From assembly GCA_041499655.1 (NCBI GenBank), contig JBGQKQ010000002.1, forward strand, positions 1 to 62,213: 62,213 nucleotides of DNA. The letters are read 5' to 3'. The notes below the pieces were generated by a model. It worked only from the letters and a program-made list of their open reading frames with translations. It made no database searches and was not told the DNA's origin. Positions 1 through 11,900 of the stretch are shown here, one piece after another; position 1 is the first letter of the stretch, and each line of letters starts with the position of its first letter. A program made the translations under genes and the position numbers. The DNA is from Gammaproteobacteria bacterium (lineage in GTDB: Bacteria > Pseudomonadota > Gammaproteobacteria > Burkholderiales > SG8-39).

Positions 1-956
1 CATTGTTCAAGCCCCTTGATGAATAGCTCCTGCGGCAGATTCTTTCCGATGAAAACCATCGTGCTGGAACGCTTCTCTCCCTTGCCCCAGGGACGGCCGA
101 GATCGCCGCCCATGAGCATGTGCACACCCTGAAACACGACGCGATGGGTGTTGCCCTTCATGTACAGCACTCCCTTGTAGCGCAACAGGTCCGGGCCGTA
201 GATCTGCACGACCCCGGACAGGAATTCCTCGAGTTTCGTGTTGTCGAACGGCTTGTCCGAGCGGAACACGAACGAGGCGACGTGCTCGTCGTGCTCGTGC
301 TCGGCGTCCTCCAGAAATTCCGGATCGAGCTCGAGGACCGCGTTGAGATTGAAGCCGCGGATGTCGAGGATCTCCGCGATCGGCGTGTTTCCAAAATGCA
401 CCTTCTTGATCGGCGCCCGCGGGTTCATCTTGACCAGGCGCTTCCTGAGCGTCTCCTGATCGTCCTCCGACACCAGGTCGGTCTTCGACATGAGGATGCG
501 GTCCGCAAAACCTATCTGTTCCTGCGCCTCGCGGAACTCGTCGAGTTGTTTCGACGCGTGCTTCGCGTCGACCATGGTGATCACGCTGTCCAATAGATAA
601 TAGTTGCCGATCTTCTCGTCGATGAAGAAGCTCTGCGCAACCGGTCCCGGATCGGCCATCCCCGTCGTCTCGATGATGACGCGCTCGAAGTCGAGCTTGC
701 CGGAGTCCCGCTGCTCCCTGAGCTCCCCGAGAATGCGGATCAGGTCGCCGCGCACCGTGCAGCAAACGCAACCATTGTTCATCTCGACGATCTGCTCGCC
801 GGTCTCGTTAAGGAGGATTTCGTTGTCCACGCCCGCCTCGCCGAACTCGTTCTCGATCACGGCGATGCGATGGCCGTGCTGTTCCTTGAGAATGCGGTTG
901 ACCAGCGTGGTCTTTCCGCTTCCCAGGAACCCGGTGAGTATGGTCACCGGAACCAT
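1..956 (-). CDS. CobW/G3E-family P-loop GTPase (COG0523 metallochaperone-like); the 3' end runs off the window
   Basis: Absent from the ORF track because there is no stop in the window. My minus-strand translation from ATG 956-954 gives MVPVTILTGFLGSGKTTLVNRILKEQHGHRIAVIENEFGE...MNNGCVCCTVRGDL, with a Walker A GxxGxGKT and the CxCC metal motif. The frame stays open to position 3. Confidence 0.85.
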   Translation of the reverse strand, partial: MVPVTILTGFLGSGKTTLVNRILKEQHGHRIAVIENEFGEAGVDNEILLNETGEQIVEMNNGCVCCTVRGDLIRILGELREQRDSGKLDFERVIIETTGMADPGPVAQSFFIDEKIGNYYLLDSVITMVDAKHASKQLDEFREAQEQIGFADRILMSKTDLVSEDDQETLRKRLVKMNPRAPIKKVHFGNTPIAEILDIRGFNLNAVLELDPEFLEDAEHEHDEHVASFVFRSDKPFDNTKLEEFLSGVVQIYGPDLLRYKGVLYMKGNTHRVVFQGVHMLMGGDLGRPWGKGEKRSSTMVFIGKNLPQELFIKGLEQ

Positions 957-1145
957 GTTTTCCTGTGCTGCCAATTCGATCTCCTGGCGCGTCCCGCGCC
1001 GAGCGAGCAAGGTTATTTGAGCGTGTCGCGCCGAAAAAGTTTGCGGCGGGGTGTCCCCCGCGAGGCGCGGGCCGCCCAAAAAAGGGCGCATTACAGCACG
1101 CTCCGGATTACAAAGCAACCGGGCGCCCGGTGTGGGTTTCAGGGT

Positions 1146-2342
1146 TCAGCTCTTCTCGAGCAACAGGCCCTTCAAGTACTCGCCTTCCGGGAACTCGACC
1201 CGTACCGGATGGTCGGGCGCGGAGCGGTATCGCTCCCGAAGCAACAGCGATGCCCCAGCGTCGGCGGCAGCGCCGGCGACGATCTTCTGGAACAAATCCA
1301 GCGACACGCCCCCGGAACAGGAAAAGGTCGCGAGCAACCCGCCCGGACGCAAGAGCTTGAGCGCGTTCAGATTGATGTCCTTGTATCCTCGCGCCGCACG
1401 CGCGGCGTCCTTGGACGTCGGCGCGAACTTCGGCGGATCGAGCACGACGAAGTCGAACTGTCGGCCTTCGCGCCGCAGCTCGCGCAGGGCCTGGAACGCG
1501 TCGGCTTCGAGCCACTCGGCGTGTCCGCCCGCAACCCGGTTCAGGGCGAGGTTGCGTTTCGCCTGGGCGAGCGCCGGCGCGGAGGCGTCGACCGAGAGGA
1601 CCGAACGCGCCCCGCCAACGAGGGCGGAGAGGGAGAAGCCGCCTGTGTAGCAAAAGCAATCGAGCACCTCCCGGCCACCAGCGAGATGCCTCACGCGCAG
1701 GCGGTTGTCACGCTGATCGAGGTAGAACCCGGTCTTCTGCCCTGACGCAAGATCGACGTCGTACTCGATGCCGTGCTCGAATATCCTGAGCGGTCCGTCA
1801 GCAGCCGCGCCGGAAATCCACCCGGACCTTGCGGCAAGGCCCTCGAGTTCGCGCGCATCCGTGTCGGAACGCTCGTAGACCCGGGCGCAGCCGCTTTGAG
1901 CGCGAAGAATTCCGAGGAGCGTGTCCCGCCAATGCTCGCAGCCCGCGGACAGCAGCTGCACGACCAGGGCATCGCCGTAGCGGTCGGCGATCAGCGCCGG
2001 AAGCCCGTCGGATTCGCCGTGCACGAGACGCACCGCGTTGGTCGTATCGGCGGCGATTTCAGCGCGTCTCCGCGCAAACGCGATCTCGATCCTCTTTTCG
2101 AAGAGCTCCGGACCCGGGACCTCAGCCTCGTCGAAACTCCACACGCGGGCCCGGATCTGGGACGCCGGGCTGTACGCCGCCCAGGCGAGAAACCCGCCGT
2201 CCGCGGCGCGCACCCGCACGGTGCCGCCGCTCGGCGGAGAGCCGGCGACCTCTTCGACCGCGCCCGAAAAAACCCAGGGATGGCGCCGGAGCAGCGAGCG
2301 CTCGCGGCCTGGCTTGAGCTTCAGCTGCGGCGCAGCGCCCAC
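1146..2342 (-). CDS. rlmI: 23S rRNA (cytosine1962-C5)-methyltransferase RlmI
   Basis: 398-aa ORF. The N-terminus has KPGRERSLLRRHPWVFSGAV (PUA-like). It also has DCFCYTGGFS, VLDPPKF and a SAM-methyltransferase core typical of RlmI. GTG start at 2342. Confidence 0.85.
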   Translation of the reverse strand: MGAAPQLKLKPGRERSLLRRHPWVFSGAVEEVAGSPPSGGTVRVRAADGGFLAWAAYSPASQIRARVWSFDEAEVPGPELFEKRIEIAFARRRAEIAADTTNAVRLVHGESDGLPALIADRYGDALVVQLLSAGCEHWRDTLLGILRAQSGCARVYERSDTDARELEGLAARSGWISGAAADGPLRIFEHGIEYDVDLASGQKTGFYLDQRDNRLRVRHLAGGREVLDCFCYTGGFSLSALVGGARSVLSVDASAPALAQAKRNLALNRVAGGHAEWLEADAFQALRELRREGRQFDFVVLDPPKFAPTSKDAARAARGYKDINLNALKLLRPGGLLATFSCSGGVSLDLFQKIVAGAAADAGASLLLRERYRSAPDHPVRVEFPEGEYLKGLLLEKS

Positions 2343-2352
2343 GAATTCCTTC

Positions 2353-2877
2353 TCACACCCAGCCCGTGAGACCGAGCAGCCCCCCGGCGGCGAGGAGCCA
2401 AAGGGGGTGGATTCTCGTGGACAGGACGATGGCCGCGGTCGCCGCGGTGATGACGAAAGCCAGCACCGAGTGGTCGGCCGCTAGGGTGATGAGATATCCG
2501 CCCGCGAGCATCAGGCCCACGGTCACGGGTACCAGGCCGTCCTCCACGACCTTGCGCCAGCGCGCGCCGCGAAAGCGCTGCCAGACCCGCGAGACCGCGT
2601 AGGTCAGAAGGCTCGAGGGCGCGCAAACCGCGCCGGTCGCCACCACGGCCCCGGCGAGACCCGCCACTTTCCAGCCGATCAGGCTGACGACGAGAATGTT
2701 CGGGCCCGGCGACGCCTGAGCGAGGGCGAACAGCTGCGCGAACTCCGCGCCGCTCATCCAGCCGTGGACCTCGACGACGTTGCGGTGCATTTCGGGGAGC
2801 ACGGTGATCACGCCGCCGAAGGCGAACAGCGACAGGAGCGAGAAATCGATCGCGAGCTGCGCCAGAGCCTCGCTCAT
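2353..2877 (-). CDS. chrA: Chromate transporter, short-chain CHR family (second half-size subunit)
   Basis: The track ORF 2353..3735 is over-extended. ATG 2877 (MSEALAQLAIDFSLLSLFAFGGVITVLPEM...ASPGPN) gives 174 aa, in frame. Its ATGA overlaps the stop of the upstream chrA half. Confidence 0.8.
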   Translation of the reverse strand: MSEALAQLAIDFSLLSLFAFGGVITVLPEMHRNVVEVHGWMSGAEFAQLFALAQASPGPNILVVSLIGWKVAGLAGAVVATGAVCAPSSLLTYAVSRVWQRFRGARWRKVVEDGLVPVTVGLMLAGGYLITLAADHSVLAFVITAATAAIVLSTRIHPLWLLAAGGLLGLTGWV

Positions 2878-3419
2878 CGCGCTCTCCACATCGCTGCAGC
2901 CACGCTCGCGGGCGCCGCGGCCAGCAAGAAGACGCCGAGCGGCAACCGTACCAGAGCGATACCCACGAACGCCGCGAGCGCGAACACCGCCATCGGCGAG
3001 CGCAGGCGCGGGCTCGCCGCCATCTTGAGCCCCATGGCCACGATCAGGCCCGCGGCGGCGGCGGAAATCCCGCGGAACGCCGCCGATATCGCCGGGAGCT
3101 CGCCGTACTGGGTGAACAACGCGCCCAGCGCGAGAATGATGGCGAAGGGCGCGCACAGCAGGCCCGAGAAGGCGGCTATCGCTCCACGGGCCCCGCGAAA
3201 GCGCGTCCCCACGCATACCGCCATGTTCACGATGTTCGGACCGGGGAGGACCTGGCACAGGCTCAGCGCCTCGCTGAATTCCTCGTCGCTCAGCCAGCGG
3301 CGCTCCTCGACGAGCATCCTGCGTGCCCAGGGCATCACGCCGCCGAAACCCGAAGCGCCGACCTGTGTGAAGCGCAGAAACAGCTCCGCCGCGCTCGGGG
3401 TGCCCGGCGCCTCGGTCAC
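2874..3419 (-). CDS. chrA: Chromate transporter, short-chain CHR family (first half-size subunit)
   Basis: CHR motif ELFLRFTQVGASGFGGVMPWARRMLVEERRWLSDEEF...LPGPN. The only in-frame start near the conserved N-terminus is GTG 3419, which overlaps the xerC stop as GTGA. Product is 181 aa. Confidence 0.75.
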   Translation of the reverse strand: MTEAPGTPSAAELFLRFTQVGASGFGGVMPWARRMLVEERRWLSDEEFSEALSLCQVLPGPNIVNMAVCVGTRFRGARGAIAAFSGLLCAPFAIILALGALFTQYGELPAISAAFRGISAAAAGLIVAMGLKMAASPRLRSPMAVFALAAFVGIALVRLPLGVFLLAAAPASVAAAMWRAR

Positions 3420-4339
3420 GGCTTCTTCTCCGTGACCGCCGCCTTCTTCTTCGCTCGCGGGTGAGCCGCGTCGTACGCCCTGGCGAGATGCTGAAAGTCC
3501 AGGTGCGTGTAGACCTGCGTCGTGGAAATGCTCGAGTGCCCGAGCATTTCCTGCACCGCGCGCAGGTCCCCGGAGGATTGCAGCACGTGTGTCGCGAAGG
3601 AATGCCGCAACATGTGCGGATGCACGTGCTGCGGGAGGCCCAGGCGCAGCGCCCATTGCGAGAGCGCGTAGCGTACCGAGCTCGCGCTGATGCGGCGGCC
3701 GCGCGCGCCCACGAAAAGAGCGGGTTCGCCGGCACCGGCGAGCGCAGCGCGCAACGCGAGCCAGGCTTCGACCGCCGCGCGCGCCTTGCTCCCGACCGGA
3801 ACGATGCGCGTCTTCGCCCCCTTGCCCGTGACGGTCACCTCGGCCTGGCGCAGGATGCCTTCGGCGTCCGCGACATCGAGACTGACGAGCTCGGCCAGCC
3901 GCAAACCCGACGAATAGAACACCTCGAGCATCGCCTTGTCGCGCGCTTCCGCGGGCGTGCGCGCCGGGCCCTCGAGAAGGCGGGCCATGAGGTCGGGCGA
4001 CAGCGCCTTGGGCAGGGCCTTCGGGCTCTTGGGCGCGCGCAAGCCGATGCAGGGATTACGCGAGAAGCCGCGGTGCTTGACGAGCCAGGCGAAGAAGCTG
4101 CGCCAGCCGGAGATCATGGTGGCGATGGTGCGTCCGGACATGCCGCGCGCATGCAGTTGCGACACGGTGCGCCGCAGGTGCTGGGCATCGAATTTGTCCA
4201 GGGCCAACCCGGGGTTGAGCGCGAAGAGCTCCTCGACGGCGCGCCGGTAGTTGCGCGCGGTTCCCGCGCTCAGCCGCCGCTGATGCGCGAGCTGGTCGAG
4301 AAACCCTTCGAGCAGACTCTGCCGGGCGTCGCGCGCCAT
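3416..4339 (-). CDS. xerC: Tyrosine recombinase XerC
   Basis: 307 aa. The catalytic region has HMLRHSFATHVL...GHSSISTTQVYTH. It sits in the classic dapF-DUF484-xerC arrangement. Confidence 0.9.
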   Translation of the reverse strand: MARDARQSLLEGFLDQLAHQRRLSAGTARNYRRAVEELFALNPGLALDKFDAQHLRRTVSQLHARGMSGRTIATMISGWRSFFAWLVKHRGFSRNPCIGLRAPKSPKALPKALSPDLMARLLEGPARTPAEARDKAMLEVFYSSGLRLAELVSLDVADAEGILRQAEVTVTGKGAKTRIVPVGSKARAAVEAWLALRAALAGAGEPALFVGARGRRISASSVRYALSQWALRLGLPQHVHPHMLRHSFATHVLQSSGDLRAVQEMLGHSSISTTQVYTHLDFQHLARAYDAAHPRAKKKAAVTEKKP

Positions 4340-4354
4340 TTCCGCCGGCTGCCG

Positions 4355-5014
4355 CTAGAGAAATCTCAGCAGTGCCGCGCTCGCGAGATCGCCCATGCGC
4401 TTCAGGTACAGCGTGCCCATCTCGGGGTAGAAGCGCAGCACGTCCTCGCTTCCCAGCGCGAGCATGCCGAAGCACTCTCTGTCGCGAAGCGCCATGTGCG
4501 CCACCGATCGCACATGCGATGCGCTCTCGCCGAACCAGGCCGCGGCCTCCGCGCTGCCGCTCGGACCGCAGAAGGGCTGCGACAGCGACGCGGCGTAGCG
4601 TTTCAGCTGATCGCCCACGCTGCGGAACTCCGGCGAATCGCCCGCTCCTTCCGGCGTACCGCGCGCCACGTCCCAGATCCGCAGCGCCGCATGGGGCACG
4701 GCGAAGTCCTCGCGCAAGTGCAGGTAGAGAACCGTCAGCAGGCTTTGCCAGTCGGGCGCAGCGAGGAGCGCGAGGGAAAGGCGATGCATCTTCTCGCCGA
4801 TCGCGTCGTTCTCCTCGCCGATCTGAAGGAGCTCCGAGAGGCGCGACTCGAGCGCCCTGCTCTTTTCCCGCAGCGTCAACAGCTGCCGGTCGGAAAGAGG
4901 GATCGCGCGGCCGCCGTGGGGATGGGGAATGCTGATCTCGGCGAGCATGTCGGCGTGGGTCTCGAAGAACGTCGGGTTCTCGCGCAGATAGCGCGCGACA
5001 TCGTCAGCTTTCAA
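4355..5014 (-). CDS. DUF484 family protein (YigA-like)
   Basis: 219 aa, [24 protein letters not shown]... Conserved position between dapF and xerC. The TTG start overlaps the dapF 3' end. Confidence 0.75.
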   Translation of the reverse strand: MKADDVARYLRENPTFFETHADMLAEISIPHPHGGRAIPLSDRQLLTLREKSRALESRLSELLQIGEENDAIGEKMHRLSLALLAAPDWQSLLTVLYLHLREDFAVPHAALRIWDVARGTPEGAGDSPEFRSVGDQLKRYAASLSQPFCGPSGSAEAAAWFGESASHVRSVAHMALRDRECFGMLALGSEDVLRFYPEMGTLYLKRMGDLASAALLRFL

Positions 5015-5873
5015 TCTCGATCTCCCCTTCGAATACGGTTACGGCGGGCCCCGTCATCCACACGGAGCGGCCGGGTTCATTGTCCCCGCCAGCCCAGCGT
5101 ATCGTCAATTGGCCGCCGCGGGTTGCAACGCGCACGGTGTGGTCGAGCAGCCCCTCCCTTATCCCCGTCACCACCGCCGCGCAGGCTCCCGTGCCGCAGG
5201 CGAGCGTCTCGCCGGCGCCGCGCTCCCACACGCGCAAGCGCACGCTCGAGCGATCCACGACCTGCATGTAGCCCGCGCTCGTCCGTTTCGGAAACCGGGG
5301 GTGCCACTCGATCAGCGGCCCTTCGGTCGTGACGGGCGCTGAATCCACGTCGGCAACGGTCTGCACCGCGTGCGGATTTCCCATGGAGAGCACCGCGACC
5401 GGCACCACGCGTCCGGCGACCTCGAGCGGCCAGCGCATTCCGGCCTGCACCGGCATGAGGCCGCTCGCGTCGAACGGCACGTGACGCGGGTCGAACCGCG
5501 GCGCGCCCATGTCGACGCTCACCAGGCCGTCGGCCTCGAGGCGCGGGGCGATCACCCCCGAGAGCGTCTCGACGCGGATCTCGGTCTTTTTCGTGAGCTC
5601 CTTGTCGTGCACGAACCGGACGAAGCAGCGTGCGCCGTTGCCGCACTGCTCGACCTCACCGCCGTCGGCGTTCCAGATGCGGTAGCGGAAATCCGCGTTC
5701 TTGCTCCGGGGTTTCTCAACCAGCAGCACCTGGTCGCAGCCGACACCGAAGTGGCGGTCGGCGATCTGCTTCGCGAACCGGGGCGACATTTCGATGGAAC
5801 GGCTCACCCCGTCCAGAACAACGAAGTCATTGCCCGCGCCCTGCATCTTGCTGAACTTCAGCTTCAATACCAC
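5004..5873 (-). CDS. dapF: Diaminopimelate epimerase
   Basis: [18 protein letters not shown]...CGNGARCF...ACGTGACA (both catalytic Cys motifs). The track ORF (to 6026) is over-extended. Plausible starts are GTG 5873 or TTG 5867 (the latter gives [10 protein letters not shown]); ATG 5846 is less likely. Confidence 0.9.
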   Translation of the reverse strand: MVLKLKFSKMQGAGNDFVVLDGVSRSIEMSPRFAKQIADRHFGVGCDQVLLVEKPRSKNADFRYRIWNADGGEVEQCGNGARCFVRFVHDKELTKKTEIRVETLSGVIAPRLEADGLVSVDMGAPRFDPRHVPFDASGLMPVQAGMRWPLEVAGRVVPVAVLSMGNPHAVQTVADVDSAPVTTEGPLIEWHPRFPKRTSAGYMQVVDRSSVRLRVWERGAGETLACGTGACAAVVTGIREGLLDHTVRVATRGGQLTIRWAGGDNEPGRSVWMTGPAVTVFEGEIEIES

Positions 5874-6733
5874 TTGCCTTCCCCGGGAGGCCGCGTCTTG
5901 AAGCGCTTGTGCGTCCAGAAATACTGCTCGGGCATTTCGCGCACCCGCTCCTCGATGAATTCGTTCATGCGGCGCGCGTCCGCGGCGTCGTCGCCGCTCG
6001 GAAAATTCTCCCACGCGGGATAGCACTGCACTTCGTATCCCGCGCCACCCGGAAGCATGCGCGTGACGCAGGGTAGCACGCGCGCTCCAGTGAGCCTGGT
6101 CATGCGGGAGAGCCCGGTAATGGTCGCGGCCGGCACGCCGAAGAAGGGCACGAAGATGGTGTCGCGGGCTCCGTAGTCCTGATCAGGCAGGTAGTAGAAG
6201 GGGATGCCCTCCTTCACCGCGGCGATCGCCGGCCGCACGCCTTCCTGGCGCGGAATGGCGCGCTGATGCCCGAAGCGCGTGCGTCCGGACAGAAGCAGGG
6301 CATCGATGAGGGGATGCTTCTGCCTGGAGTAGATGCCCGCCATATCGATCTCGCAGGTCAGACGCGTGCATCCTGCGTCGAGCCCTACGAAGTGCGGCAC
6401 CAGCAGGATGAGCGGCTGCCCCCTGAGCGCGAGAATCCGCTCCAGGCCGACCACGCGCACCAGCCGCAGCAACTGCTCGCGCGGCGCCCACCAGAGAATC
6501 GAACGCTCGAGGACGGCGCGCCCGAAAGCGCGGAAGTGCGCCCTGGCGATGGCGATTCGCTCGCGTTTTGGCATCTGCGGAAAACAGCGCGCGAGATTGG
6601 TGAGGCAGACATTGCGGCGCTCGCGCGCGACGAAATAGAGGAGTCCCCCCAGCCCCGATCCGATCCTGGCGAAGATCGGCAGCGGAAGGAAATGCAGCAG
6701 CCAGACGATGCCGACGGCGAGGCGTGTCAGCAC
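5864..6733 (-). CDS. Lipid A biosynthesis (Kdo2-lipid IVA) late acyltransferase, LpxL/LpxM family
   Basis: 289 aa. N-terminal TM segment, HFVGLD-type acyltransferase region, and a C-terminal [15 protein letters not shown] signature. Confidence 0.8.
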   Translation of the reverse strand: MLTRLAVGIVWLLHFLPLPIFARIGSGLGGLLYFVARERRNVCLTNLARCFPQMPKRERIAIARAHFRAFGRAVLERSILWWAPREQLLRLVRVVGLERILALRGQPLILLVPHFVGLDAGCTRLTCEIDMAGIYSRQKHPLIDALLLSGRTRFGHQRAIPRQEGVRPAIAAVKEGIPFYYLPDQDYGARDTIFVPFFGVPAATITGLSRMTRLTGARVLPCVTRMLPGGAGYEVQCYPAWENFPSGDDAADARRMNEFIEERVREMPEQYFWTHKRFKTRPPGEGKWY

Positions 6734-7596
6734 GAAGGGTTTCTTGGGGTCTCGCTACCCGCCGGGGGCCGGACTCCGCCCGGAACCTTGTAGCGGTTGT
6801 AGCTCCACAGGTACTGCTCCGGGCAGCGAAGGATGAACTGCTCGAGGGAACGATTGAGCGTGCGCACCGGAGATTCCGGGGGGCGCGGCGCGAGCAGGGG
6901 CTCGATCTCGAAGCGGTATCCGCGGCCCCGCGCGAGACGCCTCGAGTAGCACAGCAGCACGGGGGCGCCCGTCTGCTCGGCGAAGCGCCCCACGAGCGTC
7001 ATGGTGTAGGCGGGCCGGCCGAAAAACTCCGCCCATTCCCCCTCGCCGACTCCGGGAACCTGGTCCGGAAGGATGCCGATCGCTTCACCGCGCCTGAGCG
7101 CCTTGAGCATCGCGCGTACCCCGCGCATGTCGGCCGGGACGCTGTTCATCGCGGTGCCGCGCTTGCGGCCCGCCTGCATCAGTGGCTCAAGCGACTTCAT
7201 GTTCGGCGGACTGTACATCACGGTGATCGGCATGCGGCTGCTGATGTACTGGCCCGACACCTCCCAGCATCCCAGATGCGGGGTCAGCAAGATGAGTCCC
7301 TTGCGCGCCTTTGCGGCCGCCTCGACGTGCTCCCACCCGTGCGCCTCGACTACCAGATCTGCCACGCCCTGGTGCGGTCGCATCCAGATCGCGGGGATCT
7401 CCAGCGCTCCCTTGCCCGTTTCGCAAACGACCGCCGCGCGCATGCGCGCCGTGCCGCGCCCCGCGGCCCGCAGATTGGCCCGGATCATTCTCCGGTATCG
7501 GGGAGAAAGCAGATAGACCGCCCAGCCGAGAACGGCGCCGATGAGGTGTAGCAGCGGCAGGGGAAGACGCGCCACCAGCCGCAGCAGGAATTGCAT
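6727..7596 (-). CDS. Lipid A biosynthesis late acyltransferase, LpxL/LpxM family (paralog)
   Basis: 289 aa. LLTPHLGCWE (HX4-type acyltransferase box) and C-terminal PEQYLWSYNRYK. Overlaps the downstream paralog by 7 nt. Divergent from metK. Confidence 0.8.
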   Translation of the reverse strand: MQFLLRLVARLPLPLLHLIGAVLGWAVYLLSPRYRRMIRANLRAAGRGTARMRAAVVCETGKGALEIPAIWMRPHQGVADLVVEAHGWEHVEAAAKARKGLILLTPHLGCWEVSGQYISSRMPITVMYSPPNMKSLEPLMQAGRKRGTAMNSVPADMRGVRAMLKALRRGEAIGILPDQVPGVGEGEWAEFFGRPAYTMTLVGRFAEQTGAPVLLCYSRRLARGRGYRFEIEPLLAPRPPESPVRTLNRSLEQFILRCPEQYLWSYNRYKVPGGVRPPAGSETPRNPSC

Positions 7597-7689
7597 GGTT
7601 GTGGGACGAAAGTGGGAGCGGCGTGGGTTGGGGGCGCGAAAGCGCTGTGCTAAACTGGCGGACCTTTTTTCGCAGGGAAAACCACCAGC

Positions 7690-8874
<1,185 letters not shown>

Positions 8875-8886
8875 GCAGGCCACACT

Positions 8887-8917
8887 AAAAAAAGCCGGCT
8901 TTGCGCCGGCTTTTTTT
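8887..8917. terminator. Bidirectional rho-independent terminator between metK and the MmeI-like gene
   Basis: AAAAAAA-GCCGGC-tttgc-GCCGGC-TTTTTTT: a GC stem flanked by an A7 tract and a T7 tract. It lies 13 nt after the metK stop and 17 nt after the stop of the convergent 8934..12410 gene. Confidence 0.8.
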
Positions 8918-8933
8918 GCTTCTTCGAGCACCC

Positions 8934-11900
8934 TCAATCCACTCCCAGCACGCCGCCTTTCACGCGGCGCGCACGACCAAGGGCCACCAAGGTTTCGATC
9001 AGCGGGGCGAGACCCTTCTTCCATGGCCCCTTGCCACTGAAGCGTTCAGCGATTTGCTCTTCCGATAGCGGCACATTCGCATCGGTAAGCACCTGCGCAA
9101 CGAGGCGGATGCGCTCGGGCAGCTCCTTCGGCCAAGGCAGGCGCGATACCGTGCCCGTCGCCGCCGACGTGTCCCCTCCCTCCACAACGTCGAGTGTTCC
9201 CTGAATCGATGCTGGACGGGTCGTCCCTTGGATCTGGAACTCCGGCCGCAACCAGCGCACTTGGCCTTTGGCTTCTTCGGCGGCGCGCTCGGCGTTGAGC
9301 GCCACGAGCCGCTCCAACAACGCGTCGTCCAGCACGCGCTTCGCCTCATCGCGCGACGCGGGCACTACCCCGCCTCCAGGCGCAATGCCGTTCACAGCGT
9401 TCATCAACGACGCAAGATCATTCCAGCCATAGGCATCGAGCACTGCGAGGTCCAGTTCATCGTGGTACTGCTTCAACACCGCCACCAAGCCCTGTTCGTG
9501 GATCACTTTGTCCTTGGCGTTCAAGGCTGCGCCGTCCTTGAGTTTCTCCAACACGTTGTACATGCCAGTCAGCGTGAGCGCCGGGTGCTGCGCCTGCTGG
9601 CGCTTGCGATGGGCATCGAGCTGTGCAGCAAGGTTACGGATGCGGGTTTGCTGCACTGCATTTGCGGGCGGGAATGGGAAAGTCTCAAAGCACCGGCCTT
9701 TGTTGTAAACAGGTCGATCTTCTAGGGTACCGCCAGCTGCAAGCGACCATTGCACGTGAACACAGCTTGATAACACGCCAAGACACCAAGCATCTTCAAA
9801 ACCAAATACAACCAATCTGTGCTCTGGGCGACTGCCGCCCTCAAGAAATGTGAATACACGATGTTTCGCTGTCTCTGCGGTGACCACGAATCTACTCAAC
9901 CCAGAAACAGACGCTCGCACCTGTTCATTACTACGGCGGAACAACCACCAGTTACTGCGAACTCGTGGATCTCGGTTCTCTTGCCTTTCTGGGTAAACTC
10001 GCTCATGAAGTTGTTGCCATAGCTCGGGCGCTTCACTTCTAAGTTGGCTTTCGCTTAATCCAAAAGCATCAATTACCCATACGTTCCGACACTGGTTCAG
10101 TATGTCCTCGCCATTGCGCAAAGGGAAAACTAGTTTCGCAGCAGTAGGGCTGCGCAACGAAAGCGATTTGACATCCTCGGCGCTTACCAAGAATCCACGT
10201 CCGCCAAGAATAAATCCGGTGTTCGCAATTCTCGAATTTGAATCAAGAATTGCTGCGCCGGCGACGTTGACGCCAACTGAGAGATCGGCGTGAATCTGCC
10301 CCACCTTGGTCGAGAAGGTCACAGACAGTGCGTCGTCCGTGGTCTCTTGTTCGTCTGCAACAGTGAGTAATTGACCCTCACCTTCGCCGGCCCTCCCTAC
10401 GCTCATGGCAATCCGCACCGCCGCGCCGTCGGTGCTGTCCACCCAGGGATGATCCGGAATGACGAACGCCAGCGACAGCGGCGACTTGGCAGCCATGTGC
10501 TTCTCGATCACGCGACGATTGAAAGTCTGGCGCAGACTGTTGGTAGTGATAAAGCCAAAGCGCCTCAACTTCGCCGTGCGCGCAAGTTCAGCTGCTTTGT
10601 TCCACCAATACATTACGAAATCCGCAGAATCCGGCACCTCTCGCCATGCTTCACGTAAAGCCTCGACATAGCCGTCGCCGAGCGAATCTCGGATTTTCCC
10701 CTTGCCCAAGAACGGTGGGTTGCCCACCACATAATCCGCCTCCGGCCACTTAGCATTGCGCGGATTGACATAGCGCTCCAGCGCGACACGTGCCGATTCG
10801 TCCGGCACGTCTTCACCGGTGGCCGGATGCTTTTTCATGGTCTTGCCGTCCCAGCGCGTCACCGGCCGGCCGTCGTCACCAAGTACGTACTCCACGCGGT
10901 CGTAGGCCAAGACCGCGTCGCGATGCTCGATGTTTCCGAAATCGCGCAGGATCGGTGGCGGCGGCGGCACTTTACCGCGGGTGCGAAAATGCCATTGCAG
11001 ATAGCCGATCCACAACACCAGTTCCGCGATAGCGGCGGCGCGCGGATTGATCTCGATGCCAAGCAGTTGATGCGGATCGACAGTGACGCCCGCGGTTTCG
11101 AGGCGCGCCTGGGGTTCGCCGAGAACTTCGAGCTGATTCAGCACTTCGCCTTCGAGGCGTTTCAGGTGTTCCAGCGTAACGTATAGAAAGTTGCCTGAGC
11201 CGCAGGCCGGGTCGAGGACACGCACGGCGCAAAGTTTGTGATGGAATGCGTGCACGGCTTTGCGTGCATCGTCGAGTTTGCCTTCACCGGCAAGGAGTAG
11301 CGCCGCGCCCTGTGCGTTCTTCCAATCCTCGCGCAAGGGCTCGATCACTGTCGGCAACACCAGCCGTTCCACGTAGGCGCGTGGTGTGTAATGCGCGCCG
11401 AGTGCGTGGCGCTCCTCGGGCATCAGCGCACGTTCGAGCAGCGTACCGAAAATCGCCGGCTCCACTTCGCGCCAATTGAACTTCGCCGCTTCCAGCAGTA
11501 GAGCGATCTGGTCCCGGTCGAGCGGCAGCACCTGCGGGTCCTTGAACAACTTGCCGTTGAACCGCAGCAAGTCCGCGCGTACCGAGACCGAAAAGCTTCC
11601 GATGTCCATCGCGCGCCATAGTTCGCCCACCAAAGGAACGAACTGGGCCGGATTGCCCTTGAGGCTTTCGAGCAGATCGACAAAGGCGCGCTTGGGCAGC
11701 AGGCCCACGTCCTCGGCGAACATGGAGAACAGGCCGCGTGTCAAAAAACCGGCAACCAGCTCGGGCGCGTGGCCCGCACCCTCTAGCGTCTGGGCGATCT
11801 TTGCGAGCTGCACGGCGATCTCGCGCGTTACCTTGGCCGAGCGGCGTGAGGGATCGAGCGATACCGGGTCGGTCCACACCGCGCGCAGCGTGTTGCGCAC

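Noticed and set aside
957-1145. A Zur box upstream of the CobW-like GTPase gene, and a terminator after rlmI
   Set aside because: There is no AT-rich GAAATGTTATA-type palindrome. Several GC hairpins followed by short T-runs exist (for example around 1041-1085 on the minus strand), but none is clean enough to call.
7597-7689. A SAM-responsive riboswitch in the metK leader
   Set aside because: The 93-nt divergent region holds only a small GCGC-gaaa-GCGC hairpin. I could not match it to the SAM-I, SAM-II, SAM-V or SAM/SAH consensus features I remember. A cmsearch would be needed to be certain.
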